Positions 8,986 through 17,250 of a stretch of 34,676 nt of DNA are shown one piece after another. Below the pieces are notes generated by a model. The model was not told where the DNA came from. It did not search any database and was given only the letters and a program-made list of their open reading frames with translations. Positions within the stretch are counted from its first letter, which is position 1, and the number at the start of each line of letters is the position of its first letter. Position numbers and translations under genes: made by a program. Source of the DNA: Mycobacteriales bacterium (GTDB lineage: Bacteria > Actinomycetota > Actinomycetes > BP-191); the NCBI GenBank assembly GCA_046262915.1, contig JBHELW010000312.1, positions 1 to 34,676 of the forward strand, given 5' to 3'.

Positions 8986-9887
8986 CGCTGGACGGGTTGG
9001 GCTGGCCCGGCGGCCAGGTGACCGCGCCGAGTCGGGTCGGCGAACCCAGCGGCCTCGGCTGGCCGGGCGCCTCGGTTTCACGTGAAACACGCGCCGCCCG
9101 AACGGCCGGCGCCCAAACCCGCGTCATCACCGTCGCGAACCAGAAGGGCGGGGTCGGCAAGACCACAACCGCCGTCAACCTGGCGACGGCTCTTGCGGAA
9201 GAGGGCGCCCGCGTGCTCGTCCTCGACCTAGACCCGCAGGCCAACGCCTCCACGGCCCTCGGCATCGCGCACCCGCCGGGCATTCCGTCGACCTATGACG
9301 TGGTCGTCGATGGCGCGGCGCTCGCGGGCGTCGTGCAGCCGACGGCTATCGCCAACCTCGCCTGCGCGCCGGCCACCGCCGACCTGGCAGGCGCCGAGGT
9401 CGAGCTGGTGCCGGTCGTCGGCCGGGAGCTGCGCGTCCGGGACGCGTTGTCGACGTACGCCGAGCCGCTGGACTACGTCTTCCTGGACTGCCCGCCGGCA
9501 CTGGGACTGCTGACGATCAACGCCCTCGCTGCCGCAAACGAGCTTCTCGTGCCGATCCAGGCGGAGTACTACGCGCTGGAGGGGTTGGGTCAGCTGACGG
9601 CGACGGTCGAGCTCGTGCGCACGCGCCTCAACCCGCAGCTCGCCATCTCTGCCATCCTGCTGACCATGTACGACGGACGCACCCGGCTCGCCGAACAGGT
9701 GGCCGACGAGGTGCGCCGGCACTTCGGGGCCACCGTCCTCTCGACGACGATCCCCCGGAGCGTACGGACTGCCGAGGCTCCGAGCTACGGCCAGCCGGTC
9801 CTGACCTACGACCGGTCGTCGAGTGGCGCCCGGGCCTATGTGGCAGCCGCGCGGGAGCTACACGCACGGCAGCCGGTGCCTTCGTGA
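8982..9887 (+). CDS. parA: Chromosome partitioning ATPase ParA/Soj
   Basis: It has the deviant Walker A motif [18 protein letters not shown] and a ParA/MinD fold length. It has a GTGA overlap with the rsmG stop. The N-terminal ~45-aa extension is typical of actinobacterial ParA, though the start could be internal. Confidence 0.92.
   Translation: MTLDGLGWPGGQVTAPSRVGEPSGLGWPGASVSRETRAARTAGAQTRVITVANQKGGVGKTTTAVNLATALAEEGARVLVLDLDPQANASTALGIAHPPGIPSTYDVVVDGAALAGVVQPTAIANLACAPATADLAGAEVELVPVVGRELRVRDALSTYAEPLDYVFLDCPPALGLLTINALAAANELLVPIQAEYYALEGLGQLTATVELVRTRLNPQLAISAILLTMYDGRTRLAEQVADEVRRHFGATVLSTTIPRSVRTAEAPSYGQPVLTYDRSSSGARAYVAAARELHARQPVPS
9074..9089. other. parS centromere-like site
   Basis: GGTTTCACGTGAAACA matches the TGTTTCACGTGAAACA consensus at 15/16, and the central 14 nt are perfectly palindromic. 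It is embedded in the parA 5' coding region, where it is translated as VSRET. Confidence 0.8.
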
Positions 9888-10789
9888 CCGGCCGCCGGGG
9901 TGGGCTGGGTCGGGGGCTGGACGCGCTGATCCCGGCGGCAGCGGCGGCCGACGGGGCGGGTGCGCCTGGCGATCGCGGCAAGGCGAGTGTTGCAGAGGTC
10001 GATCTCGACGCTATCGAACCCAACCGAAAGCAACCACGGACAAACTTTGACGAGACTGCGCATGACGAGCTCGTCGCCTCGGTACGCGAGGTCGGCGTGC
10101 TGCAGCCCGTCGTCGTCCGACCCGTTGCGGCTGGGCGCTACGAGCTCGTCATGGGTGAGCGCCGAGTCCGCGCCGCGCGCGCCGCCGGGCTGACGAGCAT
10201 CCCGGCGCTCGTGCGCGCGACGCCCGACGAGGCGCTGCTGCGCGACGCGCTGATCGAGAACATTCACCGCGCCGCCCTCAACCCGCTCGAGGAGGCCGCC
10301 GCCTACCGCCAGCTGCTCGACGACTTTGGGACGACGCACGACGAGGTCGCGACGCGGGTCGGGCGCTCCCGCGCGCACGTGACGAACACGATGCGGCTGC
10401 TGCAGCTGCCCGCGCCGGTGCAGCGCCGCGTGGCCGCCGGCGTGCTCAGCGCCGGGCACGCCCGGGCGCTGCTCGCCGTGGCCGACCCGGCTGAGCAGGA
10501 GGCGCTGGCGACGCGGGTCGTTGCGGAGGCGATGAGCGTGCGCGCGCTGGAAGAGCTCATCGCGCTGCGCGCGCCGGGCCGCCGCGGTCGGCGCCGCGTC
10601 GCCGTCGAGCAGCCCGCCGCGGTGGGCGAGGTGGCCGCGCGGTTGAGCGAGCTGCTGGAGACGCGGGTGCGAGTGGAGATGGGGCGGCGCAAGGGGCGGA
10701 TCGTCGTCGAGTTCGGCAGCGCGGACGACCTCGAGCGGGTCGCGTCGCTCCTTGCGCTCTCGCTCGAGGTGACGCGACCGCGCGACTAG
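9884..10789 (+). CDS. parB: Chromosome partitioning protein ParB/Spo0J
   Basis: It has ParB box motifs ([34 protein letters not shown]), an HTH region, and a C-terminal dimerisation segment [16 protein letters not shown]. It has a GTGA overlap with the parA stop. Confidence 0.95.
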   Translation: MTGRRGGLGRGLDALIPAAAAADGAGAPGDRGKASVAEVDLDAIEPNRKQPRTNFDETAHDELVASVREVGVLQPVVVRPVAAGRYELVMGERRVRAARAAGLTSIPALVRATPDEALLRDALIENIHRAALNPLEEAAAYRQLLDDFGTTHDEVATRVGRSRAHVTNTMRLLQLPAPVQRRVAAGVLSAGHARALLAVADPAEQEALATRVVAEAMSVRALEELIALRAPGRRGRRRVAVEQPAAVGEVAARLSELLETRVRVEMGRRKGRIVVEFGSADDLERVASLLALSLEVTRPRD

Positions 10790-11733
10790 CGGGCGGCCGC
10801 CGCGCGCAGCAGGTCGCGGCACAGCACGCCAAGGTCGACTCCCGCGGCCGCTGCCGCCATGGGCAGCAGGCTGGTCTCGGTCATGCCGGGGCTGACGTTG
10901 ACCTCGAGGAACCACGCGGTTCCCGCCGCGTCGACGATCAGGTCGGTTCGCGACAGGTCGCGGAGGCGCAGCGCGTGGTGTGCCTGGACGGCGACGTCCG
11001 CCGCGCGCGCGACCACGCCGGGGTCCAGGCGCGCCGGGACGAAGTACTCCGTCACCCCGGCTGTGTAGCGCGCGCGGTAGTCGAAGAACCCGCCGGCGGG
11101 CTGCACTTCTACGGCGGGCAGCGCCCGCAGGTCGTCGCCGCTCGCGACGACCGAGATGGCGAGCTCGGTGCCCTCGACATGTCGCTCGACGAGCGCGGTG
11201 TCGTCGTACGCGAAGCACTGCACCATCGCGGCGGGCAGCTCGGCCGCGGTCCGAACGACCGTGGCACCCATCGCGGACCCGCCCTGGACCGGCTTGACGA
11301 CGACCGGCAACGCGAACTCGCCGACGAGCCGGTCGAGAACCGCCTGCGCCCCGAGCTCGCGGAACGTGTCTTGCGGCAGTGCGACCCACGGCGGTGTCTT
11401 GATGCCCGCTGCCGCGACGACGGCCTTCGCCGCCGGCTTGTCGAATGCCAGCCGGCACGCGTCCGCCGCCGACCCGACATAGCGGACGCGCGCGAGGTCG
11501 AGGACGGCCCGCACCGCCCCGTCCTCGCCGGCGCCGCCGTGCAAGGCGATGAAGACGGCGTCCGGAGCGAGCTCGGCCAGCGCCGGCAGGAGCGTCGCAT
11601 CGGCGTCGCGCAGCACCGCCTCGACGCCGACCGACTGCAGTGCGTCGGTCACCCGGCGGCCGGAGGCCAGCGAGATCTCGCGCTCGTAGGAGAGTCCGCC
11701 GGCGAGGACGACGGCGCGCAGCGGGTCGCTCAC
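10786..11733 (-). CDS. ddl: D-alanine--D-alanine ligase (ATP-grasp)
   Basis: 315 aa. It has N-terminal [20 protein letters not shown], the ATP-grasp core [12 protein letters not shown], and the C-terminal Ddl motif [20 protein letters not shown]. It converges on parB, and a single CTAG supplies both stop codons (10786-10789). Confidence 0.9.
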   Translation of the reverse strand: MSDPLRAVVLAGGLSYEREISLASGRRVTDALQSVGVEAVLRDADATLLPALAELAPDAVFIALHGGAGEDGAVRAVLDLARVRYVGSAADACRLAFDKPAAKAVVAAAGIKTPPWVALPQDTFRELGAQAVLDRLVGEFALPVVVKPVQGGSAMGATVVRTAAELPAAMVQCFAYDDTALVERHVEGTELAISVVASGDDLRALPAVEVQPAGGFFDYRARYTAGVTEYFVPARLDPGVVARAADVAVQAHHALRLRDLSRTDLIVDAAGTAWFLEVNVSPGMTETSLLPMAAAAAGVDLGVLCRDLLRAAAAR

Positions 11734-13031
11734 GCGAGGTCTGGCTCGGGGGCGTCCGCACCCGGCGCCAGCGAGCGACCGGCCGCCCCTGTGTCCGCGC
11801 CGAAGAGCTCACGCACGCCGCGCTCGGCCTCGACGACCCCGGCCAGCCGGCGCACCCCCTCGCGGATCCGGTCGGGCTCCGGGTAGCAGTAGGAGAGGCG
11901 CAGCGCGCCGCGGCCGCCGCCGTCGGCGTAGAACGCGGTCCCCGGCACGTACGCGACCCGGGCCTGCACGGCGCGCGGCAGCATGGCCTTGCTGTCGAGC
12001 TCGCCACTCAGGGTGACCCACACGTAGAAGCCGCCGCCGGGGTGCGTCCACGACGCGCCGTCGGCGAGGAGCGCGTCCAGCGCCGAGAGCATCGCGTCGC
12101 GTCGCTCGCGGTAGATCTCGCGGAAGACCTTGACCTGCTCCTGCCACGGCTGGGTGCTCAGGTAGCGCGCGACGAGCCGCTGGTTGAACGTCGGCGGGCA
12201 CAGGACCGCCGCCTCGGCCGCGAGGACGAGTTTCTCCCGGACGGCGCGCGGCGCCAGCACCCACCCGACTCGCAGCCCCGGCGCGAAGGTCTTCGAGAAC
12301 GATCCGAGGTAGATCACGCGGTCGGGATGTACGGCGCGGAGCGCAGGCAGTGGTTCGGCGTCGAAGCCGAGGAGCCCGTAGGGGTTGTCCTCGAGGACCA
12401 GCACGTCGTGGCGCGCCGCGATGTCGAGCACCACCGCGCGGCGTTCGGCCGCCAGCGTGACCCCGGCCGGGTTATGGAAGTTCGGGACGGTGTAGAGGAA
12501 CTTCACGCGTCGTCGCTGCGCCGCGAGGTCGCGACAGGCCTCCTCGAACGCCTCGGGGACGAGCCCGTCGTCGTCCATCGGGACGTGCACGACGGCCGCC
12601 TGGTAGGCGCTGAACGTCCCAAGTGCTCCGACGTAGGACGGCGCCTCCGCGATGACGACGTCGCCGGGGTCGCAGAAGACACGCGTGACGAGGTCGAGGC
12701 CCTGCTGTGAGCCGACCGTGACGACGACATCATCCGCCGAGGCCTGGATGCCCTCCAGGGCCATCACCGTGCAGATGAGCTCGCGGAGCTCCGGGTCACC
12801 TTGGCCGGAGCCGTACTGGAGCGCAGCCGCGCCATCTGTGACGACGAGATCGCGCGCAAGCTCACCGACAGCGTCAAGCGGGAGCGCCGCGGTGTAGGGC
12901 ATCCCGCCGGCGAGCGAGACGACCTCGGGGCGGGACGCGACCGCGAACAATGCGCGGATCTCGGATGCGGTCATGCCCGCCGTCCGCGCCGCGAAGCGGT
13001 CGCCGAACGCGTCGAGAGGAACGCTTGTCAT
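11730..13031 (-). CDS. PLP-dependent aminotransferase, class I/II (LysN/ARO8-like)
   Basis: It has the SFSKTFAPGLRVGW PLP-lysine motif and the N-terminal MTASEIRALFAVASRPEVVSLAGGMPY motif typical of this family. I place the start at ATG 13031 (GGAGAG SD upstream), not the ORF-track start at 13247. Its stop overlaps the ddl GTG (GTGA). Confidence 0.85.
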   Translation of the reverse strand: MTSVPLDAFGDRFAARTAGMTASEIRALFAVASRPEVVSLAGGMPYTAALPLDAVGELARDLVVTDGAAALQYGSGQGDPELRELICTVMALEGIQASADDVVVTVGSQQGLDLVTRVFCDPGDVVIAEAPSYVGALGTFSAYQAAVVHVPMDDDGLVPEAFEEACRDLAAQRRRVKFLYTVPNFHNPAGVTLAAERRAVVLDIAARHDVLVLEDNPYGLLGFDAEPLPALRAVHPDRVIYLGSFSKTFAPGLRVGWVLAPRAVREKLVLAAEAAVLCPPTFNQRLVARYLSTQPWQEQVKVFREIYRERRDAMLSALDALLADGASWTHPGGGFYVWVTLSGELDSKAMLPRAVQARVAYVPGTAFYADGGGRGALRLSYCYPEPDRIREGVRRLAGVVEAERGVRELFGADTGAAGRSLAPGADAPEPDLA

Positions 13032-13147
13032 CGCACTCTCCGGCACACGCGAAGCGACGGTACCGGGTATAGGCGCGCCCGCCGCCCGCGCATAGGATCG
13101 GCGCCCGACGGAGCCACGAGGCCCGGCAGCCGCGAGAAAGCTTCCCC

Positions 13148-13570
13148 ATGTCGCCACGCACGTTGCGCCGCATCGTCTTTGGTTTCGTCGCCGGCAGCGC
13201 TGCCGGCTGGGCCACCGGGTTGCTCCGGTCTCCGCGGCGGGTGTCACTCGACTCCAGCGCGGCCAGCGCGGCGCGCTTGCCGCAGGAGGAGTTCGGCGAC
13301 CCGCCGGTGCCCGCGGTGGTCGCTGCGGCGCCGAGTTTCTCCGGGACCGCCGTCACGGAAGCCGGTCCGGTCGACGCGGGTGTCGCAGTGCAGACCGGCA
13401 CCGCCACGCCGACTCCCGCCGACGAGCCGGCCGCCACGGCGGCGCGCGCCCCGCGCAAGCCAGCGGCGAAGCGCGCACCGGCAAAGCGGGCCGCGCCCGC
13501 CAAGCGGCCGCTCCCCGACGCGCCCGCCGCAGACCCCGCCGGGGGAGCCAGCGGCGACGACCCGGCGTAA
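13148..13570 (+). CDS. Hypothetical small membrane-anchored protein with Ala/Pro-rich linker and basic AKR-repeat tail
   Basis: 140 aa with high third-position GC. It has one N-terminal hydrophobic segment (IVFGFVAGSAAGWATGLL). Its tail is APRKPAAKRAPAKRAAPAKRP. I recognise no family. Confidence 0.5.
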   Translation: MSPRTLRRIVFGFVAGSAAGWATGLLRSPRRVSLDSSAASAARLPQEEFGDPPVPAVVAAAPSFSGTAVTEAGPVDAGVAVQTGTATPTPADEPAATAARAPRKPAAKRAPAKRAAPAKRPLPDAPAADPAGGASGDDPA

Positions 13571-13576
13571 CACGTC

Positions 13577-14194
13577 GTGGCTCGCCGGCTCGCAAACATC
13601 ACTCTCGACAACCTCGACGACCTGCCGCGGCGCTGCCGCCGCTGCGTGTTCTGGGAGCTCGACCCCGTCGCGCGCAGCCGCGCGGAGGAAGCCGGCGACA
13701 CCGACTTCGAGAAGGAAGCGTGGGTGTCGGCGACGCTGCTCGAGTGGGGCTCGTGCGGCAAGGTCGTCTACGTCGACGGCGTGGCGGCGGGGTTCGCGAT
13801 GTTCGCGCCCCCGGCCTACGTCCCGCGCTCGGTGGCGTTCCCGACGAGCCCGGTGTCGGCCGACGCGGTGCTGCTCATGACCGCGCACGTGCTGCCGGAG
13901 TTCGGCGGCATGGGCCTCGGCCGGATGCTGGTGCAAGGGTTGGTCAAGGACCTCACCCGCCGCGGCGTGCGGGCACTCGAGGCCTTCGGCGACAGGAAGT
14001 GGGAAGCGCCGGGCTGCGTGCTCCCTGCCGACTACCTGCTGTCGGTTGGGTTCAAGACGGTGCGCCCGCACCCGCGCTACCCGCGGCTGCGGCTGGACCT
14101 CAAGTCGGTCGTGTCGTGGCGCGAAGACGTCGAGGTCGCACTCGAGCGGCTGCTCAGCTCGATGACGCCGGAGGGCGCACTCCGTCCGGTCTGA
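13577..14194 (+). CDS. GNAT-family N-acetyltransferase-like protein
   Basis: 205 aa, starting 6 nt after the previous ORF. It has an N-terminal CRRCVFWE segment and an acetyl-CoA-site-like EFGGMGLGRMLVQGLVKDLTRRGVRALEAF. The slot between parB and cwlM matches the conserved actinobacterial neighbourhood. The family call comes from motif resemblance only. Confidence 0.62.
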   Translation: MARRLANITLDNLDDLPRRCRRCVFWELDPVARSRAEEAGDTDFEKEAWVSATLLEWGSCGKVVYVDGVAAGFAMFAPPAYVPRSVAFPTSPVSADAVLLMTAHVLPEFGGMGLGRMLVQGLVKDLTRRGVRALEAFGDRKWEAPGCVLPADYLLSVGFKTVRPHPRYPRLRLDLKSVVSWREDVEVALERLLSSMTPEGALRPV

Positions 14195-14201
14195 CGACCG
14201 T

Positions 14202-15329
14202 TTACGCCGGTTGCAGCTGGGGGAGGCGCAGCTGGCCGGTGCCCGGGTCCTGCTCCGGCGGCAGGTAGAGACGCTGGATCGCGCCCAGCAGCGCGTCCGC
14301 GACAGTGTCTCGGAACTCGGCCTGCGCCAACCGGCGCGCGTCGTGGCGGTTCGTCAGGTAGCCGAGCTCAACTCGGACCGTCGGCATCCGGGTGAGCCGC
14401 AGCAGTTCCCAAGTCTTGCGATGTGTGCGGTCGTCGAGCAGGTCGGTGTGCGCGACAAGCTCGCGCTGGACCAGCTCGGCGAGACGCTCACCCACGGCGG
14501 ACGAGCGCTCGGGTGAGCTGCCGAAGTAATACGTCGCGACGCCCTCGCACCGCGCCGAGAGCGCACCGTCGACGTGCAGCGAGACGAGCAGGTCCGCGTC
14601 GGCGGCGTTGGCGAAGGTCGCGCGCTCCTCCTCCGAGGGGTTGCCCGTCTCGTTGCGGGTCAGGAACGCGAACGCGCCGGCCGCCGCGAGCCGTCCCTCC
14701 AAGCGCGTTGCCAGGTCGAACACGACGTCGGCCTCAGCCAGGTTGTGGTCCACCCAACCGCGGTCGGGGCCGCCGTGCGCCGGGTCGACGATGACCAGCT
14801 TGCCCTGCAGGCTGACGCCCGCTCGGAAAAGCTCCTCATGCTCGCGCAACCGGCCCGGGGCCCCGCCCACGACGGCGCGCTGTAGCTGGGCCAGGGCCCG
14901 CAGGCTCGTCGGTCCAAGTGTGCCGTCGGCCGGGAGTCCCACGGAGCGCTGGAACTCGCGCAGGGCCGCGTCGGTGCGTCGACCGAAGATCCCGTCGCAG
15001 CGCCCGACGTCGAACCCGAAGTCCTGCAGCCGCGCCTGCAGCGCCATCACGTCGTCGCCGACATAGGGGCGGCCCACGTGCTGGTAGAGGACGCGGTCGC
15101 CGAGCGACCAGCGTGCCTCGTCCAAAGCGCGGTAGGTCTCCGGCCCGACCATGCCGTCCACGGACAGGCCGCGCTGCTGCTGGAAGCCGCGGACCGCGTG
15201 GTCACACGACTCGTCGTAGACCGCGTCGGCGGTGTTGTCGTCTACGGCGGGCAGCAAACCGAGCGCGTCCAGCCGCGCGCGGATCTCCGCGACAGCAGGC
15301 CCGCGGTCACCGCGGCGGTAGATGTGCAT
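14202..15329 (-). CDS. cwlM: CwlM-type N-acetylmuramoyl-L-alanine amidase with two peptidoglycan-binding domains
   Basis: It has two PG_binding_1-like repeats (GDRGPAVAEIRARLDALG...VRGFQQQRGLSVDGMVGPETYRAL and DDVMALQARLQDFG...LREFQRSVGLPADGTLGP). It also has an Amidase_3 domain (VIVDPAHGGPDRG, SLHVDG, VELGYLTN). I place the start at ATG 15329; the ORF-track extension to 15698 runs antisense-frame through trxA. The order trxB-trxA-cwlM matches M. tuberculosis. Confidence 0.85.
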   Translation of the reverse strand: MHIYRRGDRGPAVAEIRARLDALGLLPAVDDNTADAVYDESCDHAVRGFQQQRGLSVDGMVGPETYRALDEARWSLGDRVLYQHVGRPYVGDDVMALQARLQDFGFDVGRCDGIFGRRTDAALREFQRSVGLPADGTLGPTSLRALAQLQRAVVGGAPGRLREHEELFRAGVSLQGKLVIVDPAHGGPDRGWVDHNLAEADVVFDLATRLEGRLAAAGAFAFLTRNETGNPSEEERATFANAADADLLVSLHVDGALSARCEGVATYYFGSSPERSSAVGERLAELVQRELVAHTDLLDDRTHRKTWELLRLTRMPTVRVELGYLTNRHDARRLAQAEFRDTVADALLGAIQRLYLPPEQDPGTGQLRLPQLQPA

Positions 15330-15369
15330 GAGGCCGGTGACGGTACCTGGCACCGGCGGGAGCGGCGAC

Positions 15370-15696
15370 CTACAGGTAGCCCTCAAGATCGCGCAGGAGG
15401 GCCGCCTTCGGCTTGGCACCGACGATGCTCTTCGCGACCTTGCCGCCGACGAAGACGGACATCGTCGGGATCGACAGCACCTGGTAGGCCATCGCGGTCT
15501 GCGGGTTTTCGTCGACGTTGAGCTTGACGACGTCGACCTTGTCGCCGTGCTCGGCGGCGATCTCTTCGAGCACCGGCGCGACCATCTTGCACGGTCCGCA
15601 CCACTCGGCCCAGAAGTCGACGATGACGGGCTTGGCGCTCGCCAACACCTCGTTAGCGAACGTGTCGTCGGTGACGGTCTTCGTGTTGCCGGCCAC
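15370..15696 (-). CDS. trxA: Thioredoxin
   Basis: It has the WCGPC active site (DFWAEWCGPCKMVAP). The 108-aa product starts at GTG 15696, preceded by GAGGAGA. Confidence 0.95.
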   Translation of the reverse strand: MAGNTKTVTDDTFANEVLASAKPVIVDFWAEWCGPCKMVAPVLEEIAAEHGDKVDVVKLNVDENPQTAMAYQVLSIPTMSVFVGGKVAKSIVGAKPKAALLRDLEGYL

Positions 15697-15727
15697 AACT
15701 CTCCTCGAGATCGGTGTCAGTCGATCC

Positions 15728-15753
15728 AACACGTCGGCAGCGGCCCCGATTCC
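15728..15753 (-). promoter_or_regulatory. SigR/SigH-type (thiol-oxidative-stress ECF) promoter upstream of trxA
   Basis: The minus strand reads GGGAAT-(18 nt)-GTTGG. GGAAT is at 15753-15749, GTT is at 15730-15728, and the spacer is exactly 18 nt. It lies 31 nt upstream of the trxA GTG. It matches the GGAAT-N18-GTT consensus known for trx genes in Streptomyces and Mycobacterium. Confidence 0.55.
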
Positions 15754-15811
15754 CGCGGGCACGCTCGCATTGTGCCGACCGCAAGCACTCTCGTCCGTAG
15801 ACTCGCCCGCC

Positions 15812-16228
15812 GTGGGTCGCGTCGGCCGCTACACGCTGTCGGTGATGGTGTGGGTCGCGGCCTACGCCGGGTGGTCGACGATCCTCGGCGCAGTGATCGC
15901 CGGAGTCACGAAAAAGGGCCCCACGCTCGAGGTGTCGACCGGAACCTCGGCGTTGTTCACCGTGCTCCTCCCGCTGGTGCCGACCGTTGCCGCCTTGTGG
16001 TTCAACGACTGGGCGCGCGACGGTTTCCCGGCCCGCGAGCCGAGTCGCGGCGGCCGACGTGACGAGCCGGACGGTCGTGGCGAGGAGTCGGCTGACTCAA
16101 CGGAGGTTCCGCTACCGCCGACGGTCCGCGTCGTTGCGGCAGCACCGCTCGGCGTGCCGGAGAGGCCCGAAGGCGGCGCCGCACCGCACGGCGACAGCTA
16201 CCCGGTCGCGCCCGTCCTGCGGGACTGA
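15812..16228 (+). CDS. Hypothetical small membrane protein (two predicted TM segments, acidic/Pro-rich tail)
   Basis: An in-frame GTG at 15812 opens VGRVGRYTLSVMVWVAAYAGWSTILGAVIAGV...ALFTVLLPLVPTVAALWF.... Third-position GC is high through the hydrophobic part. It is the only plausible coding frame in the 550-bp trxB-trxA gap. The ORF-track start at 15518 lies inside trxA antisense. Confidence 0.45.
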   Translation: MGRVGRYTLSVMVWVAAYAGWSTILGAVIAGVTKKGPTLEVSTGTSALFTVLLPLVPTVAALWFNDWARDGFPAREPSRGGRRDEPDGRGEESADSTEVPLPPTVRVVAAAPLGVPERPEGGAAPHGDSYPVAPVLRD

Positions 16229-16248
16229 CGAGACCCCAGAGGCGCGGG

Positions 16249-17181
16249 TTAGGCGCCCCGGCCGGCGAGGTAACGCTCGGCATCGAGGCTCGCCGCACAC
16301 CCGGTGCCGGCCGCCGTAACGGCCTGGCGGTACGTGTGGTCGACGACGTCGCCGGCGGCGAACACGCCCGGCACGTTCGTGCGCGTGCTGGGGCTGGAGA
16401 CGATCACGTAGCCAGCGTCGTCGAGGTCGACCTGGCCCTTGAACAGCGCGGTGTTCGGGTCGTGCCCGATCGCGAGGAACAGTGCCGCGACCGGCAGCAC
16501 GGTGAGCTCGGCCGTCTTGACGTTGCGCACCTGTACACCCTCGACAGTGGTCTCGCCGACGATGTCGACGACCTCGCTGTCCCAGACGAACCGGATCTTG
16601 TCGTTCGCGAACGCGCGCTCTTGCATGATGCGGCTCGCCCGCAGTGCGTCGCGGCGATGGATAACCGTCACGGAGTCCGCGAACCGCGTGAGGAAGGTCG
16701 CCTCCTCCATCGCGGAGTCGCCACCACCCACGACCGCGATGTCGCGGCCGCGGAAGAAGAACCCGTCGCAGGTCGCGCACGACGACACCCCGTGGCCGAT
16801 GAGCCGCTGCTCGTTCGGCAGGTAGAGCCAACGCGCCTTCGCCCCAGTCGCGATGATCACCGCATGCGCGCGGTACTCGTCAGCGCCGACGCGCACGACC
16901 TTGACGTCGCCCGCGAGGTCGACCTCGGTCGCGTCGTCCGTCACGAACTCCGCACCGAACCGTTCGGCCTGCTTGCGCATGCTGTCCATGAGCTCCGGAC
17001 CCATGACGCCGTCGGGAAACCCGGGGTAGTTCTCGACCTCGGTGGTGAGCATGAGCTGGCCGCCGGCCGCGATCCCCTCGAAGACGAGCGGGTGCAGCTC
17101 GGCGCGGGCGCTGTAGAGCGCGGCGGTGTAGCCGGCCGGGCCGGCTCCGATGATGATGAGCTCGCGCGTCTCGCTGGCCAC
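16249..17181 (-). CDS. trxB: Thioredoxin-disulfide reductase
   Basis: It has the FAD motif [13 protein letters not shown], the redox-active CATCDG, an NADPH motif [12 protein letters not shown], and the C-terminal GVFAAGDV. I place the start at GTG 17181 (GAGAGAAAGG upstream), not the ORF-track start at 17493. Confidence 0.95.
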   Translation of the reverse strand: MASETRELIIIGAGPAGYTAALYSARAELHPLVFEGIAAGGQLMLTTEVENYPGFPDGVMGPELMDSMRKQAERFGAEFVTDDATEVDLAGDVKVVRVGADEYRAHAVIIATGAKARWLYLPNEQRLIGHGVSSCATCDGFFFRGRDIAVVGGGDSAMEEATFLTRFADSVTVIHRRDALRASRIMQERAFANDKIRFVWDSEVVDIVGETTVEGVQVRNVKTAELTVLPVAALFLAIGHDPNTALFKGQVDLDDAGYVIVSSPSTRTNVPGVFAAGDVVDHTYRQAVTAAGTGCAASLDAERYLAGRGA

Positions 17182-17215
17182 CCGCGGCCTTTCTCTCGGT
17201 GTCGTCGCCGCGTGA

Positions 17216-17241
17216 AACGGATCGTATAGACGCTCGATTCC
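17216..17241 (-). promoter_or_regulatory. SigR/SigH-type promoter upstream of trxB
   Basis: The minus strand reads GGGAAT-(18 nt)-GTTTC. GGAAT is at 17241-17237, GTT is at 17218-17216, and the spacer is exactly 18 nt. It lies 34 nt upstream of the trxB GTG. Confidence 0.55.
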
Positions 17242-17250
17242 CGTGCCAGG

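Noticed and set aside
9836-12007. 723-aa minus-strand ORF, the longest in the track, spanning parB and ddl
   Set aside because: The composition is extremely Arg/Ala/Pro/Gly-rich. It runs antisense to parB and out of frame with ddl, and both of those have clear family motifs. This is a typical high-GC shadow ORF.
17207-17220. CGTGAAAC half-site resembling parS upstream of trxB
   Set aside because: Only one half of the palindrome is present (cgccgCGTGAAACgg). On the other strand its GTT is the -10 element of the GGAAT-N18-GTT promoter, which explains the resemblance better.
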